Origin: Tubiluchus corallicola | Taxonomy: Eukaryota; Animalia; Priapulida | Reading direction: 5' to 3' | Assembly: GCA_030141605.1 (NCBI GenBank) | Contig: JAQGDQ010000201.1 | Span: forward strand, 186,001 to 250,000 | Length of the DNA: 64,000 bases | Shown: positions 39,101 to 51,100 of the stretch, in pieces | Layout: every line of letters starts with the position of its first letter | How positions within the stretch are numbered: the first letter of the stretch is position 1 | Made by a program: the position numbers and the translations under genes | Notes under the pieces: generated by a model | Database searches by the model: none | Told to the model about the DNA's origin: nothing | What the model saw: the letters and a program-made list of their open reading frames with translations, nothing else

Positions 39101-42086
39101 CTGTGTAATATACGTATAAATAGTTATGTTTATGTATAACAAAGTAGCTTACCGATCAATTATAAGTATATAGTAAAATACATATATATTTAGTTTAAAC
39201 GCAATGTTTTTATTTTTAGTGCTCACTATTTCTTTGTTGTCAAATTTATATGAAACTGAATGCATACCGGAATTCTGGCTGGGTAAGTGAAAAAAATACC
39301 CTTTTTACAAATCTCGTATGAAAATTAAGCAATCAGAGTACATTTTGCGATTATCTGAACATGCTCTAGCTACTTTGCGTAAAACAATCAGTGATTTTGC
39401 TTATATTATGCTTGTTTATAGTTGTCTATTTAAAATATAATGTCTAACGTGATCTCTATAACGAACTCAACAGTCCAAAAGCAGTGGGCAGGGGAAGCAA
39501 ATATCCTTTTTTGTCCTCTGCAGACGCCCGAAGTTGTCTGTTAAGGAGAATTTTAAAGAAAAACAACATGTTGTTAGTCGTGTACTGGGTGGCCAAGTAG
39601 TCTAGATTTCAGACTGCAACTTGAGTTCAGTCTTGAGTTCGAGACTAGCGGCTGCCAACGCCAGGGCATACACCCTACATGTTATTCGTTGTTTTTGTGT
39701 TGCGTCCTTAACTATATTCTTGTAATTGTAAGACACTAAACAGCCAATAGTGCTAATGTTATTTGTTAAACGAGCGACGGTCAATAAATGTTGTCTTGTT
39801 TATCTTGTTAATACTAGCAAATTCCGTAAGGGACATAAAAAGCCAACTGATACACCAGTGTTTTCTGAACTAAAAAAGAAGATTCACTGATTCTAGCTAT
39901 GCGCCTCGCATCGGGTACAACACAGAAATGTACCAAATGTACAAAACTAAATCGATATAAGCACAAAAGTTTACTTGTAGGAGTGCAATATATAACTAAA
40001 CTTATTAAGGTTCTCTAAATTTGACAGCACGCGATCTTGGCCCCAATGTCAAATTGTCGTCATAGTATTTCTCAAGGCCCCCTCGAGTGATATGACTCAT
40101 GACGCTTCGCCATTCGCGTCTATTCCCAGCCAAACGTGCGTTTCCCATCAAACTATCCCAGACATTTTCCATGGATCGTTTCCAGCCCTTCCACTCTTTC
40201 TGCTTTTTCTAGCTGGAGTCCATTGGGGACTCTGTTTTTGCTAGTCTTCTCTTTTTCATTCTGTGCACATGGTCGAGTAGTCAAGCATTGTTGCCTGAGC
40301 AAACTTGCTTAGGAGTGGTCGTTGGCTTTGTTCAGGTTTCATTCTCACAAACTGTCTATATTAAATTTAGTTACGCTACGGTTTTCGGTATAGAATATCA
40401 AATTGTCCGGTTTCTTATACGCGCTCTCCGTTAGCACCATACAATCCAGTCCGTAAAGAACAACTGAAATAACATTGTTATTTTAAAGAACAACTGAACT
40501 AACATTGTTATTTTAAAGAACAACTGAAATAACATTTTTGTTGCAAAGAACAATTGAATAAACAATGCTGTAGTAAAAAACAACTGAAATAACATTGCTG
40601 TAGTAAAGAACAACTGAAATAACATTGCTGTTGTAAAGAACAACGGAATAAACATTGCTGTAGTAAAAACAACTGAAATAACATTGCTGTAGTAAAAAAC
40701 AACTGAAATAACATTGCTGTAGTACAAAAAACAACTGAAATTACATTGCTGTTGTAAAAAAAAACTGAAATAACATTGCTGTTTGAAAAACGAATTTTGC
40801 TTTGCCGTTCTCAATCTTCTCTTCGTTCACTGTTTCTGAGCTTGTTTGAACGCCCATAACCTTTGCTCAATCTGTCATTGAAAGCCGCTGATTAAGATAA
40901 AATAATCCATAAAAACGCAGAGAAGTTTTAATCTATAATCACCGAGATGCATGTACCATAAAAATTCTCCAAATGAAAAAAAAACTTGAGAGGGCTATTA
41001 TAATTTATTTTCCTTTCAGAATGCAATTCTTCGAGATACGATTGCGCTGTTTTTGATTTTGAACTCGTGAGAAGTGAAGACGGATCATGCAAAAGAGTTC
41101 TTTGCAGGGCTCCGTTAAAGCCATTGGAGATCACTCATACTCCAGTAACGCAACTCAGTGTCATGACGTACAATGTCTACGAAACTGATCCATTTTTTCA
41201 CACCGGACAAGTAGAAAGAACATGTCGTATTCCAACTACGCTCGCTTTTGATTATTCACACCTAGACGTAGTTGTTTTTCAAGAACTCTTTTATGGTGGT
41301 TGCTGGAAATACAGTGGCGCATCCATGAAGGATCTACTTAGCTATTATGGTTTCAAATATATTACTGCTAATGTTGGTCAGGATCCTAGTTGGCCCAGTC
41401 CCGGGTACGACAACAATGGTGGTATATTCATTGCCTCAAGGTATCCCATCCTTCATGAGAAGGAAATGATCTTTCATTCCAGAGACGCGAACGAACGAAA
41501 TAAAGGCGTCATGTATGTTAAAATAGAGAAATCTGATGGAAATAAGAGGAAGGTATATCATGTCTTTGGCACCCATTTAAGATGTTGTCTGCAGCGGGAC
41601 AAGTATCGCCAATTAAGGAGGTTGCAAGCGATCGAATGGAACACGTTTATAAACGATCTTGATATTCCAGCTGACGAGCCGGTCATAATGGCTGCAGACT
41701 TTAACATGGACTTCATACATGACAGGGATCATGTCTTGCAAATGCTTAGCTTACTGATGCTTGCCGTTCCACCAGTGGTCAGTGAGCAATATCCCACCTG
41801 GGATCCAAGTACCAATCACATTCTTTCGTTACAGCTCTTTTCCAATTTTAGAAAAGCAGAGTACATTGATTACGTTCTACCAAGAATTGACTACCAGAAG
41901 CCTCTGCACGCTGAGCAGTACATCGTAAAACCCCAAAGCAAACAGCCATTTAGAATATGCTGGAGATCTCAAATTGGTGAAATTGGATATGTATGGCCTG
42001 ACTCTCGTGAATGTATCGTGACAGAAGAAATTTCTGATTTAGCTGATCACTACGCAGTTATTGGTATTTTTCACTTTCCAGAATAG
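36157..42086 (+). CDS. Secreted sphingomyelinase C-like enzyme (EEP/DNase I-like fold, bacterial SMase-type), ~388 aa
   Basis: Exons 36157-36193, 39220-39282 and 41020-42086 (both introns phase 1, with gtgagt/gtaagt donors) give signal peptide MNEISFLIRIFSVLTISLLSNLYETEC. Catalytic motifs: MTYNV, DVVVFQE, NGGIFIASRYPI, KGVMYVKI, HVFGTHL, PVIMAADFN, TWDPSTN, YIDYVL, DLADHYAV. The large exon is firm; the two small exons are inferred. Confidence 0.85.
36933..37680. mobile_element. Foldback-like layered inverted-repeat element
   Basis: Outer IR aatcacaaaattcatcattatgtaataaatttttgtgac versus about 37640-37678; middle IR ctgtaaatagaccttgtc (37030) versus gacaagtcctatttacag (37580); inner ggtct-rich block mirrored by an agacc-rich block. 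Confidence 0.7.
37716..37915. mobile_element. 200-bp MITE, PIF/Harbinger-like
   Basis: TIRs of about 37 bp (agtgacgtttgcgtagcattcggatgcgtatgcgttt versus agtggcgtttacgtagcaccgggtgcgtatgcgttt), flanked by TAA on both sides. Confidence 0.85.
38115..38745 (+). mobile_element. Non-autonomous DNA element remnant with GC-rich core
   Basis: Core gggagcgctgttagctctcccagcggcgtgcggggcggagcc...aacgcatttt and end ggcccaagccctttgggcccacccctaaattc resemble widespread invertebrate MITE modules (recognised from memory). Confidence 0.5.
40453..40782. repeat. About 11 copies of a 29-30-bp minisatellite
   Basis: Unit aaagaacaactgaaataacattgctgtagt, in the second intron of the sphingomyelinase gene. Confidence 0.95.
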
Positions 42087-42847
42087 TTCAAAGTGTTGGG
42101 GCTATATATGGAAGAAACAAAGGCCGCATAGGTATAAAAATACAAACAGTCCTGCATGTGCTGAATTGAAAAAAATTGTGTAGCAACAGTTTTTAATAAG
42201 GACTGCTTTGTTTTGGTCAATAGTTATCGAACGATTTTAGATTCTAGAACTTTTAACCTGCTGAGCAAATTGCTTTGACTTTGACGTTACACCAAAAAAT
42301 ATACATGAAAAATGGAGTGCCAACAGAATACGATCCCTGTCCACAAAAGAGCGAAACGTTTACACAATGAACACTCACTTCAAGTTTCAACTCATTTTCA
42401 CGGTGAGTCACGTATCCCTGCATTGACTATACAATTAATTGTTTTGAAGGCAAAGGACGACCTCTAACTACAGCTACAGCAATATAATAATGCTGTAAAT
42501 AACTTATTACATCTATTATTGCCGCAGTTCATAAGTCGTGCCATTCAAGTTGACGACATTGAAATATAACACGGAAGCAAAAATAGAAAACAGCAAGAAT
42601 TCAATTTTACGTGAATTTAGGCTACCTCTAAACCTTAGGCAATCTACCTACATATTTTGTAATGGATTAATAATACATGCGCACCACCTGCTATTTTGTG
42701 CTTACAACATTTAAGCACTTGAATCGGTTTAAATAATTTGAATTCAGATTATTTCAACAGCCAAACGCCCCCTGCTAATCTACCTTTTTAAGTTGTAACA
42801 TCTAAAATGAAATGGTACATTAAGAGAGACATACAAAGGCAACCAGA

Positions 42848-42885
42848 TAGAGAGAGAGAGGGAGGGAGGGAGGGAGGGAGGGAGG

Positions 42886-42950
<65 letters not shown>

Positions 42951-42960
42951 AGGGGAGAGG
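42848..42960. repeat. Polypurine microsatellite (GA)n/(GGGA)n
   Basis: Directly visible. Confidence 0.95.
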
Positions 42961-45465
42961 ATCTGACGCAAAAGCACCATTGCAATAGCAGAATTCCATT
43001 GCAGTAGCAGAATTTTTGATTCACCTTTATTTTGTTTTTGATGCTGCACTTGGCAGTAAATATATAGATTTAATATATTACATAACACACTCCATTTGCC
43101 GTAAAAATGAATTACAATCAAACGAAAATCATCAGTGTTAAAAATTAATTTCAAAAATATTATTATTTAAAGTAATAAGTATTAATTAATGAAGTAAAAT
43201 AAACATCAGTATTTTAAAAAATAGTTAAAAACACAGCTAAAAGCAAATGCGTCCGGACCAAAGTTATAAACTACTAACCGCAAAGTACTAAACTGAGTTA
43301 CTAAAGGTTAACTGATAATATCTGAAACAAGATCACAAAAAATAATTTATTTAAATCTTTATTCTCATTAATTATAAAAAAAATGAGATTTGGCTTCACG
43401 TGTCGATTTGGGACCATGATGGCACAAGCTGATTTATGAATTGTGCAAAAAAGTTCAGTTACATTACGGGCAGCCGGATGTGCGTGCGCGCACATTACAT
43501 ATACTTTGCACGCATTCATTTCTTTTCATTGATGCCATTTGAAAATTACGCTACTGTGCGTGCGTAAAACGTTATCCGCATGAAAGCACCTAACCTACAG
43601 AACTGAGTCACGCGCTGTGGTTTACTGACACCGCACAATCTCCATTCTTCCATCAGCCGCTGCTCAAAACCTGCTCACAATATAACCAACCGGCCGGGGT
43701 GCATTGCTCCCATTGACGTATCTGTCCTACCTCCACCACAGACGCTTCTACACGTTTCTTAGCTTTGTACTGCGAAGGACAAACTGGTATTAAACCCTGA
43801 TGTCATTTCGCACGATGCTTGGATTTAAATTAATGGCTATCTACCTGAAACGTTATACAGGTAAGATAATGTTTTTTCACAAACTGATATCTTGATTAAG
43901 TGTAGGCCTATCATATTACAATATACTGTAATTATGTTCTTCCACATATTTAGTATCAATGAGATCGCATGCTCAATGTTCAATAAAAGTTTTTTCCAGT
44001 GTATGGCTTACTGTAACATTAAAGGATGTGATAATTATAGTTGAACTCGTGATTGACTTCGCTCACCTGATGTGCAGGAATTATGTAAATGTGGAGGCAC
44101 TAAAAGCAAAACGATTAAAATTTTATGACCAAGAAAGAAATTTGAACAAGCAACATTATTCTTTTAAAAATATCTGTAGCTAAACGACATGATACTATTT
44201 GCATTTAAACTAATATTTATGCACCTATTTCAGTATGATGTTTATAAACCAATAAAAAATTGAAAGCTCGAGCCCAAGTTTCAAGGTTCAAAAACTCATA
44301 ATTCGTGTTAGTTCAAAAACGCTTAATACAGCGATAGGTTATCTTTAGTGAATAATAGGTGATCTGCAAGCCACGCGCATGAGCAAAACGTAAATTAGAA
44401 AAGTGTTCAATACTAGTCTGGACTATGGAAACCATACACAAGAAATAATTCTCATCTTGGTTTTAATAATTTGGTTTGAATGAGCCAAACAACAGTAAGA
44501 ACACCACCACATCATTGAAGACTGAAGTACAGTTTTGGAAGCAAAAACTGATATATTCAACAAAAAGAGTCACCTGGCAAAAATTGCATTGTACCAAAAT
44601 ACGCCAATGTAATAATTTACTGAAAATTAAAATAGCTTGTATGCAGAGAATTTTCAGTTAAATCTCTTTTCAAATTATTGCTCCAGTATTCTTTATCAAG
44701 TTGCTGGTGACATTATGAAAATAAACATTCAGTGATGATTTCATTCTTATCGATTTTTGGTTGGACAAACTGTTTATGAATGGTTACATGTAAACGACAG
44801 ACATTCGTTTCTTTAAACTCCAACCATATCTTACGAAAATGTAAAATAAACCCTTACTAATAACAAAAAAAGCACTAAGAGTCTGTAGTAAAGCCCAAAT
44901 AAAATTTTCCTTAAAAACTAAGTTTTCGGATTTAAAAATCCTTCTTCAGCATTCTCAGGCCCACACATAAATGTTTTTGTACCAAACATCAATCTAAATT
45001 ATGTTATTGGTGATTGGTTTTGTCAGCATTATGGATCATAGCAATATCTGTACATTACAGTAGCGTATATTGGTACAATTTTGCGATTGCTTTTCAAATC
45101 GATCTTATGGCAGTATTTACAATTGGTATGATTTTATAATGACTGTATATGTATTTGTAAGTTATAACAGTCTTTTTAATTTTAAAGCACTCCGAGATCA
45201 CTTGATGTGATGCACTGTACAAACAATGTATTATTATTATTATTATTATTATTATTAAAAATTAGTTTTGGTCCAAACCCTGAAAGAGGATTTTTATAAC
45301 CAAATGTGGTTTTTAAAGATTTTTATTGGGTTTCATTATAAACACTCTTAATTTTTTTATTATCAAATGGCTAGGCCCAATGGCCTCTGTACATTCTTGA
45401 ATCCTTACTAATCTCAAAGAAATTAAAAATTTTTAGAACATGCAAGACAGCAACGACAGTGACCG

Positions 45466-47031
45466 ATGGCTAAACTATCGTTTTCTTTCTTCCTTATTGT
45501 ACTGTTTGGCGGCAGCTGCTACTGGATGATCTACCGTAATTACATGGATGGCGGCAAATTCACGCAACACAATGCTCAAGTTATCATAGCAATTTCGCAT
45601 TATTACAACGTGAAGGATAACAATCATAGCACGGAACTATCAAAAAGGCAAACAAATGAAAGCTTAAAGCTTAACAAATATGATGGAAGTCCAAAACTTG
45701 CAGAAGCGGAGTGTAAGGTCACCAAACCTAAAAACCATGAAATTCATTTCAGCAACATTTACTGGCAAACTGATGAAAGCAATACTAACTTTTTCTGGAA
45801 TGCCTTTTATGATGGACGATTGTTTAAACTGACTAATGCGCCAAATGCTTCAAAACTGATATGGCCTTTCATTCATGTAATTACAATGAGAGACCATTCA
45901 CAAAAAAGACATGATCTGTATTGTTACTTGTGGTACAATGGCAAAATAGAAGTTGTAAGTGCCACAGAAGAGATGATATGGTTTGACGTTAAAGAGCAAA
46001 TAGAATTCATAGAAAAGACAACGAGGTACGTTCCATATATGGTTCACTGCAGAGTTGCTAACACAAGCAATGTACCAACGTACGTGTCATTGTCGAATTA
46101 TCGACCCTGTTCAAATTCTTCACCAAGAAATTTATATCCCATTAATGCATCCCCAATCCTAGCAAATAGGACTGATTTTGCAGTGTGTGTGAAGGCACTT
46201 GACTTTGACCGTGACATTTCCGCATGGCTAATGGAATGGATAGAAATGCAAAGGAGTTTAGGTGCACGCAAAATATACTTCTATGTCTTCAGTGTAGAAG
46301 CTGCAACAGAAAAGTTACTAAATTATTACAGAGAACAAGGAATAATAGATATGAAAGAGGCGACATTAGCGGGTGATCAACCAAATGAAAAAGCAAACAG
46401 AACTAAGTACCTAAAAGACAGTCCCAGCACTGTAAAAAGATTAAATGAACTGGTTGTACTGAATGACTGCTACTTCAGAGCAATTAGACTTTACAAGTGG
46501 GTAGCAATAGTGGACATCGACGAAGTTTTAGTTCCAGCAAAGTTTAAAACATGGAGTGAGATGGTGCCTGCGGTGCAGAGCCGTAATTTCTACAATGAAT
46601 CCGGGAAAAGAGTGATAAAAAATTGTGCAGCATACTCATTCCAAAATGCTTTCTTTCTTGATCAATTTCTGAATGTAAATGCAAACAATACACCAGCTGC
46701 ACTGCATACACTACAGCACACCAATAGATCTACCCGCCTCTCTCCTGCCAGGTTTTCCATGAAATCTCTGTTTAATACTGACAGCGTGTTGCTGGTGCAT
46801 AATCATAATCCTTTGAAAGTATTTCCTTACATATGGAATTGGTGTGAAGTTCCACCATCCTTAGGTAAAAACCATCACTATCGTCACAACTGTCCCAGAG
46901 ATTTTAAAAACAAAACAAGATGTGACATGTCCTACTTGAATGCAACAGTAGAAGACAAGACAATGTGGAGATATGCAGAAGAGCTTCAAAAAAGGATAGA
47001 CAAGGTAAAAAAAGACATTGGCATATCGTGA
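45466..47031 (+). CDS. Glycosyltransferase family 92 (DUF23) type II membrane protein, 521 aa, single coding exon
   Basis: N-terminal TM anchor; FAVCVKALDF; EWIEMQRSLGARKIYFY; LNDCYFR..YKWVAIVDIDE (DxD motif); KSLFNT..VHNH; HHYR. Probable 5' UTR intron 43861-45436. Confidence 0.9.
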   Translation: MAKLSFSFFLIVLFGGSCYWMIYRNYMDGGKFTQHNAQVIIAISHYYNVKDNNHSTELSKRQTNESLKLNKYDGSPKLAEAECKVTKPKNHEIHFSNIYWQTDESNTNFFWNAFYDGRLFKLTNAPNASKLIWPFIHVITMRDHSQKRHDLYCYLWYNGKIEVVSATEEMIWFDVKEQIEFIEKTTRYVPYMVHCRVANTSNVPTYVSLSNYRPCSNSSPRNLYPINASPILANRTDFAVCVKALDFDRDISAWLMEWIEMQRSLGARKIYFYVFSVEAATEKLLNYYREQGIIDMKEATLAGDQPNEKANRTKYLKDSPSTVKRLNELVVLNDCYFRAIRLYKWVAIVDIDEVLVPAKFKTWSEMVPAVQSRNFYNESGKRVIKNCAAYSFQNAFFLDQFLNVNANNTPAALHTLQHTNRSTRLSPARFSMKSLFNTDSVLLVHNHNPLKVFPYIWNWCEVPPSLGKNHHYRHNCPRDFKNKTRCDMSYLNATVEDKTMWRYAEELQKRIDKVKKDIGIS

Positions 47032-48153
47032 CAAATGTAGTAAACTAGCAAAATTTTATTTATTTCTTCGGCTCATTACTATGCTATTGTTCATATCAAA
47101 CTTATCAAAATACTTGATCAATCACTCTCTTGTTGTACTAGTTTGTCAGATACAACTATTACTTTGCACAAAGTTATAGCGCAACTGAAAATCAATTGTC
47201 GTTTACTAAATGTCTTTTCTGGAGAATGTATTACATCTACTGGAACTTGCTATATAATCAATTAAAATTTGTTCCAAAAATCTTAATTCTTTGAACTTTG
47301 AAATCACAGTTAAAGGTTCACTGACAAGTTAAAAAAGTTTTTACATGTTAAAAAAGTTTTTATGTTTTTATATATTCCTGTAGCAAATGACCCTACAATT
47401 ATTAAAAAGTAAATCATTTAGCTTGAATTCTCATAATTTTGTAAAAATTGTCATTTAACGTTGATTTTTGGAAATTTTACTACACGGTATGGTCCTGAGA
47501 AAAATGGTCAGACTTTTCCGTACATAGCTCTAAATGTATACCAACATAAGAAAGCAGTGAAAAGATGAATATTTGAGTAGCACATAAAATCGTCAGCAGC
47601 ACAGTTGATCGGTCAGGGTATGTGCTTGGTAATCAAAGTTGAATAATGCTAGGCCTGATTAATTAATGGATGTGTGAAAACAGCTTCCAGACTATTTTAT
47701 CTGCCATACTGCCGGCTACTTACCCTATTCAGTGGGCTTGCCATTGAGTGCTGGATTCCAATTTGCACTGAGTGCAGAGCTGAAGGTAAAAGATAAGAAC
47801 AACTTACTCAAAATAATATAATGTTTTATATTTTCACAATTTTAGAAAAAAATCTTCAATGATTTGTAATATAAAGGAACAGAAAAGTAGATGCTGACAC
47901 ATTAACGACTTTCAGTGTTGACTTTACATTTCATTAAAAATCATTCAACATTTGTTGGCATTTTAAAAGATTAATTAAGAATTTCACACTTTTGACAAAA
48001 ATCATGTTAGACTGTACATAATGGGTTTGTAAATGTAAATAAAAAGGTTGTTTCAATGCAACATTTCGCTAAGTATCACATTGCTAATATTTGTACTGCA
48101 CTACTACATTTTATGAACCATTACTGACAAAGTCAGTGTAACTTTGAGCATAT

Positions 48154-51100
48154 TCACAATTCTTCTATAAGTCTTTTGGCTTCATTTTGTTTCTTTGGTT
48201 TCAATTTAGGCATATTTTTGGCGATTTTGGTTTTATCCTTTTGCCACTGCTTCCTTTCAAACATAGCAGATTCTGAAATTCAAATAGGAACATGACATAA
48301 GTGAATGTTGCAACGATTTCTTGCCATGCAATACGTAAATTATGACAATTATTTTTATGGCAGTATATGACTTGATGTGTAGAATTTGTTTAAAGGAATA
48401 AAAGAAGGAATAATAAAATGAAAAATTGTACGAAATGGTAATTGCAAGATCATCCACTTCCTAAAGAACTACATAAAAGAGAATGTACCATATATAAGTT
48501 TAACTTCAGCAACCAATGGCTTAATTGTTAGTCCATCATGTTGAACCCAGCCCAGGTAAAAATCTAACTTCTTCATTATCAATAGGTATTTCTTCTGCAA
48601 GGCTTGTAATTCTGCATCATTATTACCTGCATTAAAAACGAAGGTTAATGAGATCAAATAATAACTTAATAAACGTTTGACCTGTAATGTCAATTGCCCA
48701 AGTATAGTGCTGCATGTATTTTCCATGGGTGGATAAACTACGATTTCCATAACTAACTTTGCAGTCCTTCAATTTTTTATTTTCTTCTAACATTACATGT
48801 CGCATGTCACCATTTTACGTTGATCTTGCTATGTTAAGCATTGTAACAATAAGATTATATACATAAACTAAAAACACGTTTGTTAGAAAACCTACTAAAA
48901 CAAACTGTCAAAAACACAAAGCTCACTGTGAATATTCAGCTAATGGTGGGTCTCTGTTTAACTCTGATTTTCTCTAATATTAGTAAATTATAATATTCTA
49001 TGGAGGCCTTACAATTAAAACAATGTAAAACTGGAAATACACAAGAATTTAAGGTAAAAATAGCAAAAAATGTCTCTCCTTCATGATAGTTTTTCAAATT
49101 ACCTGAACTGATAAGTTTTCTAGTGGAAGAAAACAGTTGGTACATGTGTGAAAATGCTGCCATCATATAGTACAATGGTTTGTCATGCCGAGGTCCCAAC
49201 ATAATGCAGATTACGTCTGTCAAAATCGATAGAGAAAATTCAACACCACCAGAAACAGAAGATTTCTGAAAAAAATGTCCCAATGTATCCAATGGACAAA
49301 AAATCGAAAGATAATATAAAATTATTGATATTCTAATGTAATTATTCACACCTGGTGTCAGAAGTTAGAAGAAACACTGTATTTGGAATCACCATTTAGA
49401 ATTTGCGGATCCAGAATTTTCGAAAGGGAGAGTCCAAATGTGACCAAGAATATCATATTATTCAGGGAATAAAAAATCCAAGTTTTTAAATGAAGACATT
49501 ATTTCTGTACATTTTGTCTATGTTTTCAAATAAAGTTTCAGCAATGAAAACTAAAATTCCCATCTAAATGCACTAAATAATAATTATATTACTGGTATTA
49601 ATAATTTAGTACTTTGATAAACACGCAAAGCATCAATTCATTAGTAACCAAAACTACAAATACAGCGAGACCCACAACATAAATTTAGCATCGGAATACA
49701 TTTAAGTTGCTATGTACAGCTAAAGCAAAATTGTTTAATTACTACAATCAGTCACAGGCTGTAACAAAACAATTAACACGGCACAACAAACATCTTGGTA
49801 GCACAGGAATGCTAATTATAGCAGGAAATAAGCACATTGGCAGTAGTTAAGAATCCTTACACAGGCGGGATCATGAATCATTTCCTAACAGCACTCTAGC
49901 TCCCCCTATGCTGTCACACCACACATAACAGCATTTTCGTACATTGTTGCAGACTGCAATCATGTAGAGAGTAATGTTGCTAGACAATTCTAGAGGCCAA
50001 TCAAGTACGCAGGTTTCCAAGCCAGTGTTGCACTGTTAAGTTAAATCCCCCTCTTTACACTTCATTTTCTGTCAAAAGGGAAGTATTCAGATCCCCTGGA
50101 CCCCCTTCTGGATCCGTTTCTGTAGAATTTGCTTTTAACGTACAGCTAATTAATGTAAATATTATTAACATTGGAATTTGCAATTTGTACAACCATTTGA
50201 TAAAAACTAATGTTCGTAAACATACTCTATATAGCTGCAGTTATCTTCATACATAAATATAAACTGAGTACAGCTTAAAGGAAAGAATTATAGTCAAACT
50301 TAATAGTCATGATTGATAGACAATGATTATATAGATCTAAATGAGAATATCTCAGAAAATTGATTAAAACAACAATAAGGGAAAACTGCAGTAAAAATTT
50401 GGTTTATTTCTATCTTAAAATGGTAGCTCAAACATTTCAAATAAGTTTTTAGAGTTGCTACAAATTTAAAAAACAGCACAAGTTCACATTCTAAATAACT
50501 AAGAGTTCAATTTAGACACATACATTATGTTATCTAAATTATCTACATCTTTTGAAGCTTATAAATGTTCAACAAAAAAATCAAATGTAAATTAGTAATT
50601 ATTAATACAGATGCATTCACCTTAGAAGTTGCATTCAAACAGGCTGTTACGGCTTCAGAAGTCGATTTGTAATTTGCACTTTTGTTAAGTACAGCACATA
50701 TTTCCAACAAATCAGCTGCAGCCTCCTCTGATACGCTATCCACATCTCCATTGTACAGCCTCGCTATGTAAGCATAAGCGTATAGGCTGCTCAGAATATT
50801 ATAGCGAAGAATATCTGATGGTGGCTTGTTCTGCAATGTAAAGAAAAAGATTACAAGAATGACAGGAAAACTACATGAAAAAAGCAAAGGACTGTCTGAC
50901 TGCCTCTAAATGTTCCTCTTTAAATGGAAGTTCATTTAGCTTTTCCACCGCTAAAGCTGGAATTCGAAAACTGAACCAGTAAGAGCTGTTAAAATTACTC
51001 ATTTTTAGTAATTTTTTAATAATTTTTAGTAATGTGATTAAATACAAATACTAGACTCACTCGTACAGAATGCATTTTGAACTCTGCATTTAAAAGCACA

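Noticed and set aside
39501-39509. ATATCCTTT resembling a U12 AT-AC 5' splice site
   Set aside because: No upstream exon ends there and no matching U12 branch point or AC acceptor was found; it lies in MITE-like sequence.
40431-40814. ORFs of 68-127 aa on the minus strand
   Set aside because: Artefacts of the 30-bp tandem repeat.
42780-43154. ORFs with SLSL/ERER runs
   Set aside because: Translations of the (GA)n microsatellite.
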